The notes: a model not told the origin generated them from the letters alone. A DNA stretch of 64,000 nt from Syntrophales bacterium (GCA_041946925.1 JBHGBI010000001.1:32884-96883), one strand, 5' to 3'; counted from the stretch's first letter, positions 10,089-21,922 are shown. Made by a program: numbers and translations.

Positions 10089-11524
10089 CTGGAAAATATT
10101 CCCCTGTCCTCAGGGGTGATGAAGTTTTAAAGGCCGTGTCCGGACGGCTTGTCAGAGGGAATATCGGCACGGTCTTTAGAGGTATATCGACGGATTCCCG
10201 GACAGCGGCAAAAGATCATTTATTCATAGCCCTGATCGGAGACAGGTTCAACGGGCATGATTTCATAAGGGACGCCGTTTCGAGCGGAGTAACCGGTGTC
10301 CTGGTTCGTCAAGGGGAGGAAAGGAGGCTGGAATCGCTCCACGAAGATGTCTGCGTCATCAGTGTCGGCGACACCTTGCAGGCGCTCGGGGATATCGCCC
10401 ATTTCTGGCGTTGCAGGCATTCGATCCCCGTGGCCGCGGTGACCGGAAGTTCGGGCAAGACTACGACGAAAGAGATGACGGCCGGGATACTCGCTCAGGT
10501 CATGACGGTCCTCAAGAGCGAGGGGAACTTCAACAACCTGATCGGACTTCCTCTGACTCTACTGGGCATGAGCGACGACCATGATGCGGTCATCCTCGAG
10601 ATGGGTACGAACAGACGAGGGGAAATCGCGAGGCTCACGGATATATCGTCGCCGGATATCGGCTTGATCACGAATATCGGCCGGGCCCATCTAGAGGGTC
10701 TTCATTCGGTGGAGACGATCCGGGAGGAGAAAGGGGATCTCTTTCAACATATGGGCAGGAGCGGGATAGCGGTCATCAATATAGATGACGAGAACCTGAG
10801 GATGCTTGCGGCGCTCGGGAAAAGGAGGCCGGTTACGTTCGGAATCGAGCGCGAAGCACTGGTCCGGGCGGAAAATATAAAAGAGCAGGGGGAAAAAGGC
10901 GTCCGCTTCACGCTGAAGGCCGCGAAGGAAGCCCGGGAGATATCGATACCGGTTCCCGGGAGGCACAATGTGTACAATGCACTCGCCGCAGCAAGCATAG
11001 CTTGGTGCATGGGAATGGAAATAGATTTGATCTCCAGTGGACTGCGGGATTTCAAGCCGGTGCCTGGACGGATGGAGGTCGTCCGGTTGAGAAACGGGGC
11101 GTTCATGATCCGGGATACGTACAATGCCAACCCGGATTCCGTGAGGGCCGCACTGGCCGCGCTTGCGGGCCTGAAGGGGAGCGGCTTCTCCGCGGTGGTT
11201 CTGGGGGACATGCTTGAGCTGGGTGGGCATTCCGAGAGAATGCACGAAGAGGTCGGTTACTATGCCGCGGAAACGGGGGTGGATGCCCTTTTCCTGCGCG
11301 GGAATTTTTCAGAGGCGGTTGCTTCCGGGGCGCGTGCGGGCGGGCTCAACGGAGGGAAGATATTCCGCATAGAGGAGCCCCATGAGATTGCATCTGTGCT
11401 TGAGTCCATAATGAAAGCGGGGGACTGGGTCCTGATCAAAGGTTCAAGGCGCATGAAAATGGAAGAGGTTTCAGCGGCGCTCGAAAATGTGATCGGAATC
11501 ACCGAAAGTGAGTCCGCAAAGTGA
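10085..11524 (+). CDS. murF: UDP-N-acetylmuramoyl-tripeptide--D-alanyl-D-alanine ligase MurF
   Basis: Mur ligase P-loop VTGSSGKTTTKEM and conserved dcw position. The TTG start overlaps the murE stop. Confidence 0.9.
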   Translation: MTGKYSPVLRGDEVLKAVSGRLVRGNIGTVFRGISTDSRTAAKDHLFIALIGDRFNGHDFIRDAVSSGVTGVLVRQGEERRLESLHEDVCVISVGDTLQALGDIAHFWRCRHSIPVAAVTGSSGKTTTKEMTAGILAQVMTVLKSEGNFNNLIGLPLTLLGMSDDHDAVILEMGTNRRGEIARLTDISSPDIGLITNIGRAHLEGLHSVETIREEKGDLFQHMGRSGIAVINIDDENLRMLAALGKRRPVTFGIEREALVRAENIKEQGEKGVRFTLKAAKEAREISIPVPGRHNVYNALAAASIAWCMGMEIDLISSGLRDFKPVPGRMEVVRLRNGAFMIRDTYNANPDSVRAALAALAGLKGSGFSAVVLGDMLELGGHSERMHEEVGYYAAETGVDALFLRGNFSEAVASGARAGGLNGGKIFRIEEPHEIASVLESIMKAGDWVLIKGSRRMKMEEVSAALENVIGITESESAK

Positions 11525-11573
11525 AAAAAAGCTTCGGTGTCGAGATTAGAGTTTTATATCGTGAGGTTTCAAT

Positions 11574-12650
11574 TTGATTTACCATTTATTATATCCGTTA
11601 CATACAGCGTATTCGTTTTTTAACGTGTTCCGGTATATAACGTTCCGGACCATCTATGCCATGATTACGGCCATGATTATCGCTTTTGTCCTCGGTCCAT
11701 GGCTGATCCGCAAACTGCAGTCCCTGCAGATAGGTCAGCCGATCCGGGAAGACGGTCCCGATTCCCATATGTCCAAGAAAGGGACCCCGACGATGGGCGG
11801 CATACTGATTATTTTTTCCGTTGTCATCTCTACGCTCCTGTGGGCGAATCTGACAATCGATTACGTATGGTTTGTCCTGCTGGTGACCATCGGGTTCGGC
11901 CTGATCGGTTTTCTGGACGATTACCGCAAACTGTCGAACGGCAGCAAGGGCATGCCGGGGAAGGTCAGGATGGGAGGAGAAATTCTGATCGCGCTTTTCA
12001 TCAGTATCATCCTGTACCTCAAACCCAGTTTCAGCTCGAATATCACCATTCCCTTTTTCAAGACGATTTTGCCAGATCTCGGAGTGGGATATATTGTCCT
12101 TTCGACGTTCATTATCGTGGGGGCGGCGAACGCCGTCAACCTTACGGACGGCCTCGATGGCCTCGCGATCGGACCGGCTCTGATATGTTTCCTGACGTAT
12201 CTGCTGTTCGCCTATTTTGCCGGGAATTTCCGGATCTCATCCTATCTACAGATTCCTTATGTTCCGGGTACGGGGGAACTGGCTGTCTTCTGCGGGGCGA
12301 TGGCGGGTGCCGGGATCGGCTTCCTCTGGTACAATGCCTATCCGGCCCAGATATTCATGGGGGACGTGGGCTCCCTCTCTCTCGGCGGGGCGCTCGGTAC
12401 CCTGGCCGTCGTAACGAAGCAGGAAATCCTGCTTGCCATCGTAGGCGGTGTTTTTGTTATGGAGACTATATCAGTGATCTTCCAGGTAGGATGGTTCAAG
12501 GTTTCCAACGGGAAAAGGATATTCAGGATGGCGCCCATTCACCACCATTTTGAACTGAAGGGATGGGCCGAGCCCAAGGTTATAGTGAGATTCTGGATAA
12601 TAACGGTAATTTTGGCGCTGGTCGCCATAAGCACCCTGAAACTGAGATGA
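11574..12650 (+). CDS. mraY: phospho-N-acetylmuramoyl-pentapeptide transferase MraY
   Basis: Polytopic membrane protein with [29 protein letters not shown] and MGDVGSL motifs. Confidence 0.9.
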   Translation: MIYHLLYPLHTAYSFFNVFRYITFRTIYAMITAMIIAFVLGPWLIRKLQSLQIGQPIREDGPDSHMSKKGTPTMGGILIIFSVVISTLLWANLTIDYVWFVLLVTIGFGLIGFLDDYRKLSNGSKGMPGKVRMGGEILIALFISIILYLKPSFSSNITIPFFKTILPDLGVGYIVLSTFIIVGAANAVNLTDGLDGLAIGPALICFLTYLLFAYFAGNFRISSYLQIPYVPGTGELAVFCGAMAGAGIGFLWYNAYPAQIFMGDVGSLSLGGALGTLAVVTKQEILLAIVGGVFVMETISVIFQVGWFKVSNGKRIFRMAPIHHHFELKGWAEPKVIVRFWIITVILALVAISTLKLR

Positions 12651-14011
12651 GGATGATGGATCTGTCCGGCAGAAAAGTACTGGTGATCGGTCTGGGAAAA
12701 ACGGGGATCGAGACGGTGCGCTTCCTTTCCGCCCGCGGCTCGAAAATCGAGATGACGGATGAGAAGCCCGCGGCGGAACTCGCTCCCGCGCTTCGCGCCC
12801 TTGGAGAGCTCAGGGAACCGCCGCAGATGAGGCCGTACGGAGAGAAGGGGCTGGACGGCATCGATCTCGTCATTCCTTCGCCGGGTGTTCCGCCCTCCAA
12901 TCCGCTCCTTCGGGAGGCTGTGGCGAAAAGGGTGCCGGTTCTGAGCGAGCTGGAGGTCGCCTTCCGTTTTCTGCGCGTGCCTGTCATTGCCATTACCGGA
13001 ACGAACGGAAAGACAACGACAACAACGCTAATCGGAAAAATCCTTTCGGCGTCCGGTTTGAGAGTCTTCGTCGGCGGCAATATCGGGAATCCGCTGATCG
13101 GTTATGCCGCGGGTGCGCAGGAAGACGATTACGCTGTTGTGGAAGTGAGCAGCTTTCAATTGCAGTGGATCGAAACATTCAAACCCCGCATCGCCGTTCT
13201 TTTGAATATAACGCGCGATCATGTCGATTATCACGGGACATTCGAGGAATACCGGAAAGCCAAAGAGAGAATCTTCGAGAATCAGGGTGCCGGCGATCTT
13301 GCCATACTGAACGCGGATGACCCTGCGTCCGTCCTCATTGCGACGAAGATCCGGGCCCGGGTAAAATATTTCAGTTCGACACTGCGGTCTTTCGATGGCA
13401 TTTATATGAATCACGAGTGCCTGATTTCGCGCGAACGGAACGGCGCAGAGGAGCGGTTTCCCCTCAGGATGATCAGGATACCCGGGCGGCACAACATTGA
13501 GAATGTCATGGCGTCCGTTCTGACGGCGAGGCAATGCGGCTGTGCTGCGGCGGATATTGTTTCGGCTGTTTCGGATTTTGCCGGCGTTTCCCACCGGATC
13601 GAATTCGCGGGGGAAAAGCGGGGGATCGCGTTTTACGATGACTCCAAGGGAACTAACGTGGGGGCGGTGGTCCGGGCCGTGGAGAGCTTTTCGAAGCCGG
13701 TCATTCTGCTTCTGGGTGGAAGGGATAAAGGAGGGGATTTTGAAATACTTTCTCCTCTGATCCACAGACACGTCAAGGAACTCGTCCTTTTCGGCGAGGC
13801 CAGAGACCGGATCCGCGCCGTGATCGGCGGGCTCGTCAGAACTCGGACTTCGTCTACACTGAAAGAGGCGGTGGAAACCGCGTACCGCGATGCATCCCCT
13901 GGAGACATTATCCTCCTTTCGCCTGGATGTGCCAGTTTTGATGAATTCGCGAATTACGCGGAACGCGGAAATTTCTTTAAAGAAACAGTGGAGCGGCTCT
14001 CCGATGTTTAG
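12647..14011 (+). CDS. murD: UDP-N-acetylmuramoylalanine--D-glutamate ligase MurD
   Basis: Start chosen at the ATG overlapping the mraY stop (ATGA), giving [20 protein letters not shown] (Rossmann N-terminus). P-loop [11 protein letters not shown]. The ORF-track start at 12563 lies inside mraY. Confidence 0.9.
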   Translation: MRMMDLSGRKVLVIGLGKTGIETVRFLSARGSKIEMTDEKPAAELAPALRALGELREPPQMRPYGEKGLDGIDLVIPSPGVPPSNPLLREAVAKRVPVLSELEVAFRFLRVPVIAITGTNGKTTTTTLIGKILSASGLRVFVGGNIGNPLIGYAAGAQEDDYAVVEVSSFQLQWIETFKPRIAVLLNITRDHVDYHGTFEEYRKAKERIFENQGAGDLAILNADDPASVLIATKIRARVKYFSSTLRSFDGIYMNHECLISRERNGAEERFPLRMIRIPGRHNIENVMASVLTARQCGCAAADIVSAVSDFAGVSHRIEFAGEKRGIAFYDDSKGTNVGAVVRAVESFSKPVILLLGGRDKGGDFEILSPLIHRHVKELVLFGEARDRIRAVIGGLVRTRTSSTLKEAVETAYRDASPGDIILLSPGCASFDEFANYAERGNFFKETVERLSDV

Positions 14012-15119
14012 GGAACGCCCAATAGGAAGAGGAAAAAGGCCGGATTACGTACTGTTGATCACGACGCTCATCCTGGTGAGCTTCGGGACGGTAATGATTT
14101 ACAGTTCGAGTTCAATCATCGCCACTATGGGTAAATCCGGCGACGGGTATTTCTATCTAAAAAAACAGCTCTTCTTCTTCGTCGTCGGATTGGCGGCCAT
14201 GCTCGCGCTCTGCCGGATTCCATACGAATACTTTAAGAGATTCGCGTATCCCGGCGTCGCTGTCTCCCTCGTCCTCCTTCTTGTTCTTTTTATCCCCCGT
14301 CTGGGGGTCAAAGTGGGGGGGGCTACCCGGTGGCTGAATCTGGGCTTCTTCACCTTCCAAGTCACGGAGCTGGTCAAAATAGCTTTGATCCTTTTTTTGG
14401 CGCATTTTCTGACGAAAAATAACGCCCAGATCAGAGAATTGAGGACAGGACTGCTGATGCCGCTCACCGTTACGGCGGTTTTCCTGGGGCTGATCATGTT
14501 GCAACCCGACTTCGGGACTGCCGGGATTGTCGCCGTCGTCCTTGTATGCATGTTGTTCCTTGCGGGAAGCCGGATTATGCATTTGTCGGCTATGGTGGGA
14601 GTACTTGTTCCAGTCGCGGTATGGCTTGTTATGCACAAGCGCTATCGCATGGAGAGGATTTTCGGGTTCTTCGATCCCTGGAAAGACGCGCAGAAATCCG
14701 GATTCCAGATAATCCAGTCCTTTATCTCTTTCGGCTCCGGCGGCACCTTCGGTGTCGGTCTGGGCGACGGTATGCAGAAATTGTTTTACCTGCCCGAGCC
14801 TCATACGGATTTCATCCTTTCGGTCATCGCCGAGGAAAGCGGATTCATCGGCGTGGCGGCGGTAATCATCCTCTTCCTCGTTTTCGTGTTCAGGGGATTC
14901 ATTATCGCCTTCAAAGCGCCGGATCTCTTTGGTACGCTCCTGGCTGCCGGCTTGACGACACTGATCGCGACGGAAGCCCTGATTAATATAGCCGTGGTTA
15001 TGGCCCTGGTTCCGACAAAGGGTCTGGTACTTCCTTTCCTGAGCTATGGCGGTTCGTCCCTCATTATGAGTATGGCGGCAGTGGGAATGCTCCTGAGTAT
15101 TTCCACCGCCCGTAAATAG
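14004..15119 (+). CDS. ftsW: peptidoglycan glycosyltransferase / lipid II flippase FtsW (SEDS family)
   Basis: Start chosen at [18 protein letters not shown], overlapping the murD end by 8 nt. Multi-TM SEDS protein ending in PFLSYGGSS. Confidence 0.85.
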   Translation: MFRERPIGRGKRPDYVLLITTLILVSFGTVMIYSSSSIIATMGKSGDGYFYLKKQLFFFVVGLAAMLALCRIPYEYFKRFAYPGVAVSLVLLLVLFIPRLGVKVGGATRWLNLGFFTFQVTELVKIALILFLAHFLTKNNAQIRELRTGLLMPLTVTAVFLGLIMLQPDFGTAGIVAVVLVCMLFLAGSRIMHLSAMVGVLVPVAVWLVMHKRYRMERIFGFFDPWKDAQKSGFQIIQSFISFGSGGTFGVGLGDGMQKLFYLPEPHTDFILSVIAEESGFIGVAAVIILFLVFVFRGFIIAFKAPDLFGTLLAAGLTTLIATEALINIAVVMALVPTKGLVLPFLSYGGSSLIMSMAAVGMLLSISTARK

Positions 15120-15128
15120 GGGGATTAG

Positions 15129-16214
15129 ATGAAGATCATCATAGCCGGCGGAGGAACCGGCGGGCACTTGTTTCCCGGCATCGCAATTGCCGAGGAATTT
15201 CTTAGGAGGGACAGTGGAACCGCCGTTCTGTTCATCGGGACGGGGAAGGGATTGGAAAAGAGAATTCTTCCGGGTCTGGGTTTTCCGTTGAAGACCATGG
15301 ATATTGAAGGCATAAAGGGGAAAGGCATCCGGAAATCGTTTGCGGCTCTTTTGAAAATCCCCTGGAGCCTGGTACAGGCGAGCCGAATGATCCGGGATTT
15401 CAAACCTGATATCGTGATAGGCGTCGGCGGCTATGCTTCAGGCCCTGCTGTCCTGGCGGCGCATTGGATGGGGATCAGGACGGTGATTGCGGAGCAGAAT
15501 GCTATACCCGGGGTAACCAACAGAATCCTCGGCGTGTTTGCCGACCGGGTGTTTTTGAGTTTTCCCGAAACCCGGGCGTGGTTTCGTGCGGACAAGGCCG
15601 TGGTTTCGGGCAACCCCGTGAGACCCGGGTTTCATGAATGTGGCAGGCGTGAAGGCAAGGACAGGATGTTCACGGTTCTTATCTTCGGCGGGAGCCAGGG
15701 GGCAAGGAGCATCAACAGGGCCGTCGCGCAAGCACTCCCTCATTTGAGGGAAATCAGCGGCACCCTGCAGATCATTCATCAGACCGGGGACAGAGACCTG
15801 CAGTTTATGGAAAATGCATATAGAGCAGCCGGTATTCATTCCGAAGTGCTTCCTTTCATAACGGATATGATGTCGGCGTACAGCCGGGCGGATCTGCTGG
15901 TCTGCCGGGCGGGGGCGACTTCGATAGCGGAGATTACAGCGTGCGGCAAAGCGGCTGTTCTGATCCCGTTTCCTCATGCGGTTAATGACCACCAGACGAA
16001 AAACGCGGAAGTCCTTTACCATGCCGGGGCGGCTGAAATGATACATGAGAAGGATCTGGACGGGAAACGGCTGGCCGATACGATACGGCGCCTCCATGAT
16101 GATCCCGGCCGGATCAGGGCGATGGAAGAGAAGTCGGCCGCGCTCGGCAATATCCGGGCGGCGGAAACCGTTGTGGATGAATGCATGGCGCTCATGCGCA
16201 GGGTGAAAAGGTGA
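15129..16214 (+). CDS. murG: undecaprenyldiphospho-muramoylpentapeptide beta-N-acetylglucosaminyltransferase MurG
   Basis: MKIIIAGGGTGGHLFPGIAIAEE N-terminal motif plus a C-terminal glycosyltransferase 28 region. Confidence 0.9.
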   Translation: MKIIIAGGGTGGHLFPGIAIAEEFLRRDSGTAVLFIGTGKGLEKRILPGLGFPLKTMDIEGIKGKGIRKSFAALLKIPWSLVQASRMIRDFKPDIVIGVGGYASGPAVLAAHWMGIRTVIAEQNAIPGVTNRILGVFADRVFLSFPETRAWFRADKAVVSGNPVRPGFHECGRREGKDRMFTVLIFGGSQGARSINRAVAQALPHLREISGTLQIIHQTGDRDLQFMENAYRAAGIHSEVLPFITDMMSAYSRADLLVCRAGATSIAEITACGKAAVLIPFPHAVNDHQTKNAEVLYHAGAAEMIHEKDLDGKRLADTIRRLHDDPGRIRAMEEKSAALGNIRAAETVVDECMALMRRVKR

Positions 16215-16225
16215 AGGGAGTAAAT

Positions 16226-17614
16226 ATGGATAATCATCAAAGACGGGACTGGATGCAGCGGAAAATAAAATTCATCCATTTTGTCGGGATCGGCGGCATT
16301 GGGATGAGCGGCATCGCGGAGGTGCTTCTCAACCTCGGCTATGCGATCAGCGGCTCTGACCAGAACGAGTCGGATATCACATCCCGTCTGGCTTCAATGG
16401 GCGCCAGGATTCACTACGGGCACCGTGCATCCAACCTGGGCGATGCGGATGTCGTCGTAACGTCGACTGCCATAAAATCCGGCAATCCGGAAGTGGATGC
16501 CGCGCATGAGAGGAATATCCCCGTGATTCCCCGGGCGGAGATGCTGGCGGAGCTGCTGAAAATGAAATTCGCGATCGCCGTTTCCGGAATGCACGGGAAA
16601 ACCACCACGACCTCCATGATCTCCACGCTCCTGGCGAACGGCGGCCTGGACCCGACCATGGTCATCGGCGGAAAACTCGCGAGCATCGGAAGCAACGCGC
16701 GGCTGGGCAACGGAGAGGTCATCGTCGCGGAGGCCGATGAGAGCGACGGCTCTTTTCTGAAATTGAGCCCTTCCATTGCGGTCATTACCAATATCGACCG
16801 CGAGCACCTTGACTACTACAGGGATATTTGCGAAATCAAGGAGGCCTTCGTGCAGTTCGCAAACATTGTCCCCTTCTACGGGTCGACCATTCTGTGTTTT
16901 GATGACGAACACGTCAGGGATATCCTCCCGCGGATCAAAAGAAGGACGATCAGCTACGGGCTGTCCGACTCCGCGGACTACCGCGCCGCGGATATCTCAT
17001 TCTCGGGGTCCGGATCCAGGTACAACCTTTATTATAAAGGCGAGGGGCTGGGGGAAATATCGCTCAGCGTTCCGGGGCTCTTCAATATTTACAACTCCAT
17101 GGCGGCTGTCGCCGTCGCCAGGGAGCTGGAAGTGCCGCTGCCTGTAATCCGGGACGGGATAAGAGCCTTCACCGGCGTGCACCGCAGGCTTGAAGTGAAG
17201 GGGAGAGTCGACGGGATCACGGTTGTCGACGACTACGGCCACCATCCAACAGAAATAAGGGCTACTCTCGCCGCCGCAAGACAGGTCTGGAAAGGACGAC
17301 TCATCGTCGTCTTTCAGCCTCACCGTTTCACCCGTACCAAAGCACTTTTTAAGGAATTTCTGACCGCCTTTCCGGATGCCGATGTACTGGTCCTCACTGA
17401 TATTTATCCGGCGAGTGAGCCGGAGATAAAAGGAGTGCACGCGTCTAAGTTATGTGAGGGTATTCAAGCGGCCGGCCACGGCCATGCGGTTTATCTGCCC
17501 GGATTCGAAGAAATCGTCAGTTATCTGCGCGGGATCGCAAAAGCGGGCGATGTGATCATCACGCAGGGCGCGGGAAGTGTATGGAAGATCGGAGAGGCGT
17601 TTTTGAAAGGATAA
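16226..17614 (+). CDS. murC: UDP-N-acetylmuramate--L-alanine ligase MurC
   Basis: FVGIGGIGMSGIAEVL Rossmann motif and VSGMHGKTTTTSM P-loop. Start set at the internal ATG (MDNHQ...) just after the murG stop. Confidence 0.9.
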   Translation: MDNHQRRDWMQRKIKFIHFVGIGGIGMSGIAEVLLNLGYAISGSDQNESDITSRLASMGARIHYGHRASNLGDADVVVTSTAIKSGNPEVDAAHERNIPVIPRAEMLAELLKMKFAIAVSGMHGKTTTTSMISTLLANGGLDPTMVIGGKLASIGSNARLGNGEVIVAEADESDGSFLKLSPSIAVITNIDREHLDYYRDICEIKEAFVQFANIVPFYGSTILCFDDEHVRDILPRIKRRTISYGLSDSADYRAADISFSGSGSRYNLYYKGEGLGEISLSVPGLFNIYNSMAAVAVARELEVPLPVIRDGIRAFTGVHRRLEVKGRVDGITVVDDYGHHPTEIRATLAAARQVWKGRLIVVFQPHRFTRTKALFKEFLTAFPDADVLVLTDIYPASEPEIKGVHASKLCEGIQAAGHGHAVYLPGFEEIVSYLRGIAKAGDVIITQGAGSVWKIGEAFLKG

Positions 17615-17715
17615 ATTGATTCAAACCAGGAGAAAGGTTGTTCAACAGTCCGCCGGGTGTTAACTTGTTCATAGTTCAGAATTCGGAATTCAATATCTTC
17701 GGCGGGGCATGTAAA

Positions 17716-18642
17716 ATGGCTTTGGATGAGTCGATACAACGGGAACTGAAGATGATCGTGTCCGGCCGCGTTCTCTTTGACGAGCCTATGGACAGGCATA
17801 CGTCCATTGGTGTCGGGGGAAAGGCGGACGCCGTTATCTATCCTTCCGACGCGGATGAACTGGGCCGGATTATCGCCTTCTTGAAATCAAGCGCTATCCC
17901 CTTCATGCCCATCGGCAACTGTACAAATCTGATTGTCAGGGACGCCGGATACCGGGGCGTTCTCGTGTCCCTGCGTTCTCTCAAAGGAATGAGCATTGCC
18001 GGAAGCAGAGGCCATGAGATCGTCGTTTCCGCGGATGCGGGGGTCGCCCTTTTCGATCTCGTGCGGCTGACGGCGGAGAACTCCCTTACCGGGATGGAGT
18101 TTCTGGCGGGCATCCCCGGAAGTGTCGGGGGTGCGGTGAAAATGAATGCGGGCGCTTACGGGCATGAGATGAAGGATACCGTGTGCACGGTTTTTCTGAT
18201 GAACGGCAGCGGCCGGATAAAGAACGCCGGCCGGCATGAGCTCGAATTCGAATACCGCAATCTCGATCTCCCTCAGGATACGGTTATTCTGGGAGCGGAA
18301 TTCCTTCTGAAGAAGGGCTCGGCGGGCGAGATCAGGCAGAGAATCCAGGAGATCCTTGAGGCGAGAAGGAAGAGGCATCCTCTGCGGGACCGCAGCGCCG
18401 GTTCCGTTTTCAAGAACCCGAAAGGCGTTCCGGCCGGCATGATTATAGATGAAGTCGGACTCAAGGGAATGCGGATCGGAGACGCGAAAATCTCGGAGAT
18501 GCATGGGAATTTTATCGTCAATGCGGGGCATGCGAAGGCGGGCGATATTCTTTCGATCATCTCCTTTGTACAGCGGAGAGTGCTGGAGGAGAAGGGGATA
18601 CTGCTGGAACCCGAGGTGCGGATTATCGGTGAGGTGGAATGA
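17716..18642 (+). CDS. murB: UDP-N-acetylenolpyruvoylglucosamine reductase MurB
   Basis: FAD-binding PCMH-type domain (TSIGVGGKAD) and a MurB C-terminal domain. Start set at MALDES; the ORF track extends to 17638. Confidence 0.85.
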   Translation: MALDESIQRELKMIVSGRVLFDEPMDRHTSIGVGGKADAVIYPSDADELGRIIAFLKSSAIPFMPIGNCTNLIVRDAGYRGVLVSLRSLKGMSIAGSRGHEIVVSADAGVALFDLVRLTAENSLTGMEFLAGIPGSVGGAVKMNAGAYGHEMKDTVCTVFLMNGSGRIKNAGRHELEFEYRNLDLPQDTVILGAEFLLKKGSAGEIRQRIQEILEARRKRHPLRDRSAGSVFKNPKGVPAGMIIDEVGLKGMRIGDAKISEMHGNFIVNAGHAKAGDILSIISFVQRRVLEEKGILLEPEVRIIGEVE

Positions 18643-19472
18643 AAAGGTCGCTGAGGGCATCTCTGGAGATAAAACGCAACTGGCTCAGGAGACACTCGAG
18701 GAAAATTTTCCGCGATGTACTAGCCGGCGTGATCATGACAGGGGCGGTGGGTGTCGTCTTTTGTCTTTTGGTGCTCGCCTATAGTCTTGTCCTGAGCGCT
18801 TCTTTCTTCCAGGTTGAAAAGACGGTGGTGACGGGCTGTGAAAAAGTCACCGAAAAAGAAATTCTGGAACTTTCGGGACTGAAACCATCGCAGAATATAC
18901 TGGCTTTGAATACGGGCTTGATGGAACGCCGCATCAAATCCAATCCCTGGATCCAGGAAGTTTCCATTACGAGGAATCTTCCCCGTAACTTACTGATCGA
19001 GATCAAAGAAAGAAAAGCAGTGGCCCTGATCCGCAGGGAAAGCACGCTCTTTTTCATGGACGAAAACGGGACCGTGTTCAAGAAGCTCGACGCCGGTGAG
19101 CGGGCCGATCTTCCGATACTGACGGGGTTCTACGACAGAGGCAAGGAGGATTTGGAACTTATTCGGAAATCGATTGAGCTTCTGGCTTTTCTGTCATCCA
19201 GCAATGATTTTCCGAAGATCGAGAATATATCGGAGATTCAGGGAGATGTGATTTTCGGGTTTTCGCTGTTTGTGGATAACGGGCTCCATATCCAGCTCGG
19301 GTTCGACGATTATGAAAACAAGCTGAGGCGCCTCAAGCCGGTGATGGCGGATCTTGCGAGGAAAAATATGGACGGGTTCCTGAGCATCGATCTGAAGGAT
19401 CCGACAAAAGTCACTGTGCAGAGAAAGAGCGCGCCCGCGTTCCCGAAATTTACGAAGGGATACAGGACGTGA
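18639..19472 (+). CDS. ftsQ: cell division protein FtsQ (POTRA domain)
   Basis: N-terminal TM helix and a POTRA-like region (VEKTVVTGCEKVTEKEILELSGL). It lies between murB and ftsA, and its start overlaps the murB stop (ATGA). Confidence 0.75.
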   Translation: MKRSLRASLEIKRNWLRRHSRKIFRDVLAGVIMTGAVGVVFCLLVLAYSLVLSASFFQVEKTVVTGCEKVTEKEILELSGLKPSQNILALNTGLMERRIKSNPWIQEVSITRNLPRNLLIEIKERKAVALIRRESTLFFMDENGTVFKKLDAGERADLPILTGFYDRGKEDLELIRKSIELLAFLSSSNDFPKIENISEIQGDVIFGFSLFVDNGLHIQLGFDDYENKLRRLKPVMADLARKNMDGFLSIDLKDPTKVTVQRKSAPAFPKFTKGYRT

Positions 19473-19530
19473 TGACCCGGGGCGGGACAGGGGCCGTAAG
19501 GTGTATTGATAAGAAAAGGTGGGTAATTTC

Positions 19531-20757
19531 ATGGCTAAAAGAGGAAATTTGATTGTTGCGCTGGATATAGGGACAACCAAGATATGTGTGATCATAGGCG
19601 AAGTCAGCGATTCCGGCATTGATATAGTCGGAATCGGCTCGCATCCCTCGGAAGGATTGAGGAAGGGTGTGGTCGTCAATATCGACAGCACAATCGAATC
19701 CATCAAGAAGGCGGTGGATGAAGCGGAGCTCATGTCCGGCTGCCGCATCAAATCCGCTTATACCGGAATTGCAGGAGGACATATCAAGAGCTTCAACAGT
19801 TACGGCATCGTCGCGGTGAAGGGGAGTGAAGTCGATGAGCTCGATGTAAAAAGGGCGATCGAGGCAGCTAGGGCGATTGCAATTCCTCTCGATCGGGAGG
19901 TGCTTCACATCCTGCCACAGTACTATATAGTGGATGACCAGGACGGAGTTAAAGACCCGGTGGGCATGTCGGGGGTGCGCCTTGAAGTCAAAGTGCACAT
20001 TGTAACCGGGGCGGTTACTTCCATCCAGAATATCATTAAATCCGTCAACGGCGTGGGACTGGATGTCAATGACGTGATTCTGGAACAACTCGCCGCCAGC
20101 GAGGCGGTCCTGAGTCCGGATGAGAAGGAGTTGGGAGTCGCCCTTGTCGACATCGGGGGCGGCACGACGGATATAGCCGTCTACTCCGAAGGAAGTATCA
20201 AGCATACAGCCGTCCTTCCGCTGGGCGGAAGTTATCTGACCAACGATATCGCCGTTGGGTTGAGGACACCCATGAACGAGGCGGAGAAAGTGAAAATCAA
20301 GTACGGATGCGCATATACTCCCCTGATCCCGCAGGATGAAATGATCGAGGTCCCCAGCGTGGGCGGCCGCGATCCGAGGCGGGTATCGCGCCAGGTGCTC
20401 GGCGGCATTATTGAGCCGCGCATGGATGAAGTCCTTAACCTGGTTTGCAGAGAGATTGTGAAGTCCGGCTATGAGGAAAGGCTTGCCGCGGGCGTCGTCC
20501 TGACGGGCGGGACCGCCCTTCTCGAGGGCATTACGGAATTATCCGAGCAGATATTCAACATGCCTGTAAGGCGGGGCTGCCCCATCGGCATCGGAGGCTT
20601 GACCGAGGTAGTGAACAGCCCTCTTTATGCCACGGGTGTCGGCCTGCTTATTTATGGCAGCAAGTATCAGGCCGGGAATGCATACAGGAAAGGTGAGGGG
20701 AATATTCTGGGAGGAATGGTGAAGAAGCTTCATAGATGGTCTAAAGAACTTTTTTGA
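19531..20757 (+). CDS. ftsA: cell division protein FtsA
   Basis: Actin-like ATPase motifs ALDIGTTKI and DIGGGTTD. The ATG is preceded by AAGGTGGG. Confidence 0.9.
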   Translation: MAKRGNLIVALDIGTTKICVIIGEVSDSGIDIVGIGSHPSEGLRKGVVVNIDSTIESIKKAVDEAELMSGCRIKSAYTGIAGGHIKSFNSYGIVAVKGSEVDELDVKRAIEAARAIAIPLDREVLHILPQYYIVDDQDGVKDPVGMSGVRLEVKVHIVTGAVTSIQNIIKSVNGVGLDVNDVILEQLAASEAVLSPDEKELGVALVDIGGGTTDIAVYSEGSIKHTAVLPLGGSYLTNDIAVGLRTPMNEAEKVKIKYGCAYTPLIPQDEMIEVPSVGGRDPRRVSRQVLGGIIEPRMDEVLNLVCREIVKSGYEERLAAGVVLTGGTALLEGITELSEQIFNMPVRRGCPIGIGGLTEVVNSPLYATGVGLLIYGSKYQAGNAYRKGEGNILGGMVKKLHRWSKELF

Positions 20758-20773
20758 AAAAGGGAGGACTCCT

Positions 20774-21922
20774 ATGTTCGAATTATTTGAAGAAGGGACG
20801 GATACGTCCGCGAGGATCAAGGTAATCGGCGTCGGCGGCGGCGGCGGCAACGCCGTCAACACGATGATTTCGTACAAATTGTGCGGGGTCGATTTTATAA
20901 CGGCGAATACCGATGCCCAGGCTTTGAGGACCTCGCTTTCACCGATGAAAGTCCAGCTCGGAGGAGAGATCACGAAAGGGCTCGGCGCGGGATCAGATCC
21001 AGAAGTGGGCAGGCGCTCGGCTCAGGAATCGCGCGACATGATAGCGTCCGCTCTCGAAAAGTCCGACATGGTTTTTATAACGGCTGGACTGGGGGGCGGG
21101 ACCGGGACAGGAGGCGCTCCCGTTGTCGCGCAGATCGCGAAGGAGATCGGGGCGCTGACAGTCGCCGTCGTGACAAAGCCTTTTCAATTCGAGGGGAAGA
21201 AGAGGGAAAGGCAGGCCGAAAACGGAATAGAGGAATTAAGAGAGATCGTCGATACGCTGATTGTTATTCCCAACCAGAGGCTCCTGAGTCTGGGCGGCAG
21301 AAACATGTCTCTGGTGGAGGCGTTCAAGAAAGCGGATGATATCCTGTATCACGCCGTCAAGGGGATATCAGATCTGATCATCATTCCAGGTCTCATCAAT
21401 CTTGATTTCGCGGACGTCAGGCATATCATGTCGGAAATGGGGCTGGCCCTTATGGGGACAGGCAGTGCCCGCGGAGAAAACCGGGCTGTCGAGGCGGCGC
21501 AGAGAGCCATTTCCTCTCCGCTCCTTGAGGACAATTCCATCCAGGGCGCCCGGGGGGTTCTGCTGAATATTACGGGCGGACCCGATATGACGCTTTACGA
21601 GATCAACGAGGCTTCCAGCCTGATCCAGGCGGAAGCCCATGAAGATGCGAATATCATTTTCGGCACTGTTATTGATGAGAATATGGAAGACGAGATCCGG
21701 ATCACCGTCATTGCAACCGGATTCGAGGAAAACGGGAAGAAGCAGAATCTTTCCAATGTATCGCATTTGAGCAGTTACAAGAAAGAAGACCTGCAAACCC
21801 CGGCCTTTATGAGAAAAGGAAAGCCGGCTGAGGGTCAAAATGTCATCAAGATGGGCTTGATCGATGACAGTGAAGATGTCGATTTCGAAGTCCCGACCTT
21901 TCTGAGGAGACAGGCGGACTAG
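20774..21922 (+). CDS. ftsZ: cell division protein FtsZ
   Basis: Tubulin/FtsZ signatures [11 protein letters not shown] and [11 protein letters not shown], plus the C-terminal conserved peptide [13 protein letters not shown]. Confidence 0.95.
   Translation: MFELFEEGTDTSARIKVIGVGGGGGNAVNTMISYKLCGVDFITANTDAQALRTSLSPMKVQLGGEITKGLGAGSDPEVGRRSAQESRDMIASALEKSDMVFITAGLGGGTGTGGAPVVAQIAKEIGALTVAVVTKPFQFEGKKRERQAENGIEELREIVDTLIVIPNQRLLSLGGRNMSLVEAFKKADDILYHAVKGISDLIIIPGLINLDFADVRHIMSEMGLALMGTGSARGENRAVEAAQRAISSPLLEDNSIQGARGVLLNITGGPDMTLYEINEASSLIQAEAHEDANIIFGTVIDENMEDEIRITVIATGFEENGKKQNLSNVSHLSSYKKEDLQTPAFMRKGKPAEGQNVIKMGLIDDSEDVDFEVPTFLRRQAD

Noticed and set aside
14157-15167. 336-aa minus-strand ORF, plus other 150-300-aa ORFs antisense or out of frame within the dcw genes (for example 7821..8705, 11699..12553, 13028..13771)
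   Set aside because: All are nested in strongly supported mur/fts genes. None shows a family signature or ribosome-binding site.
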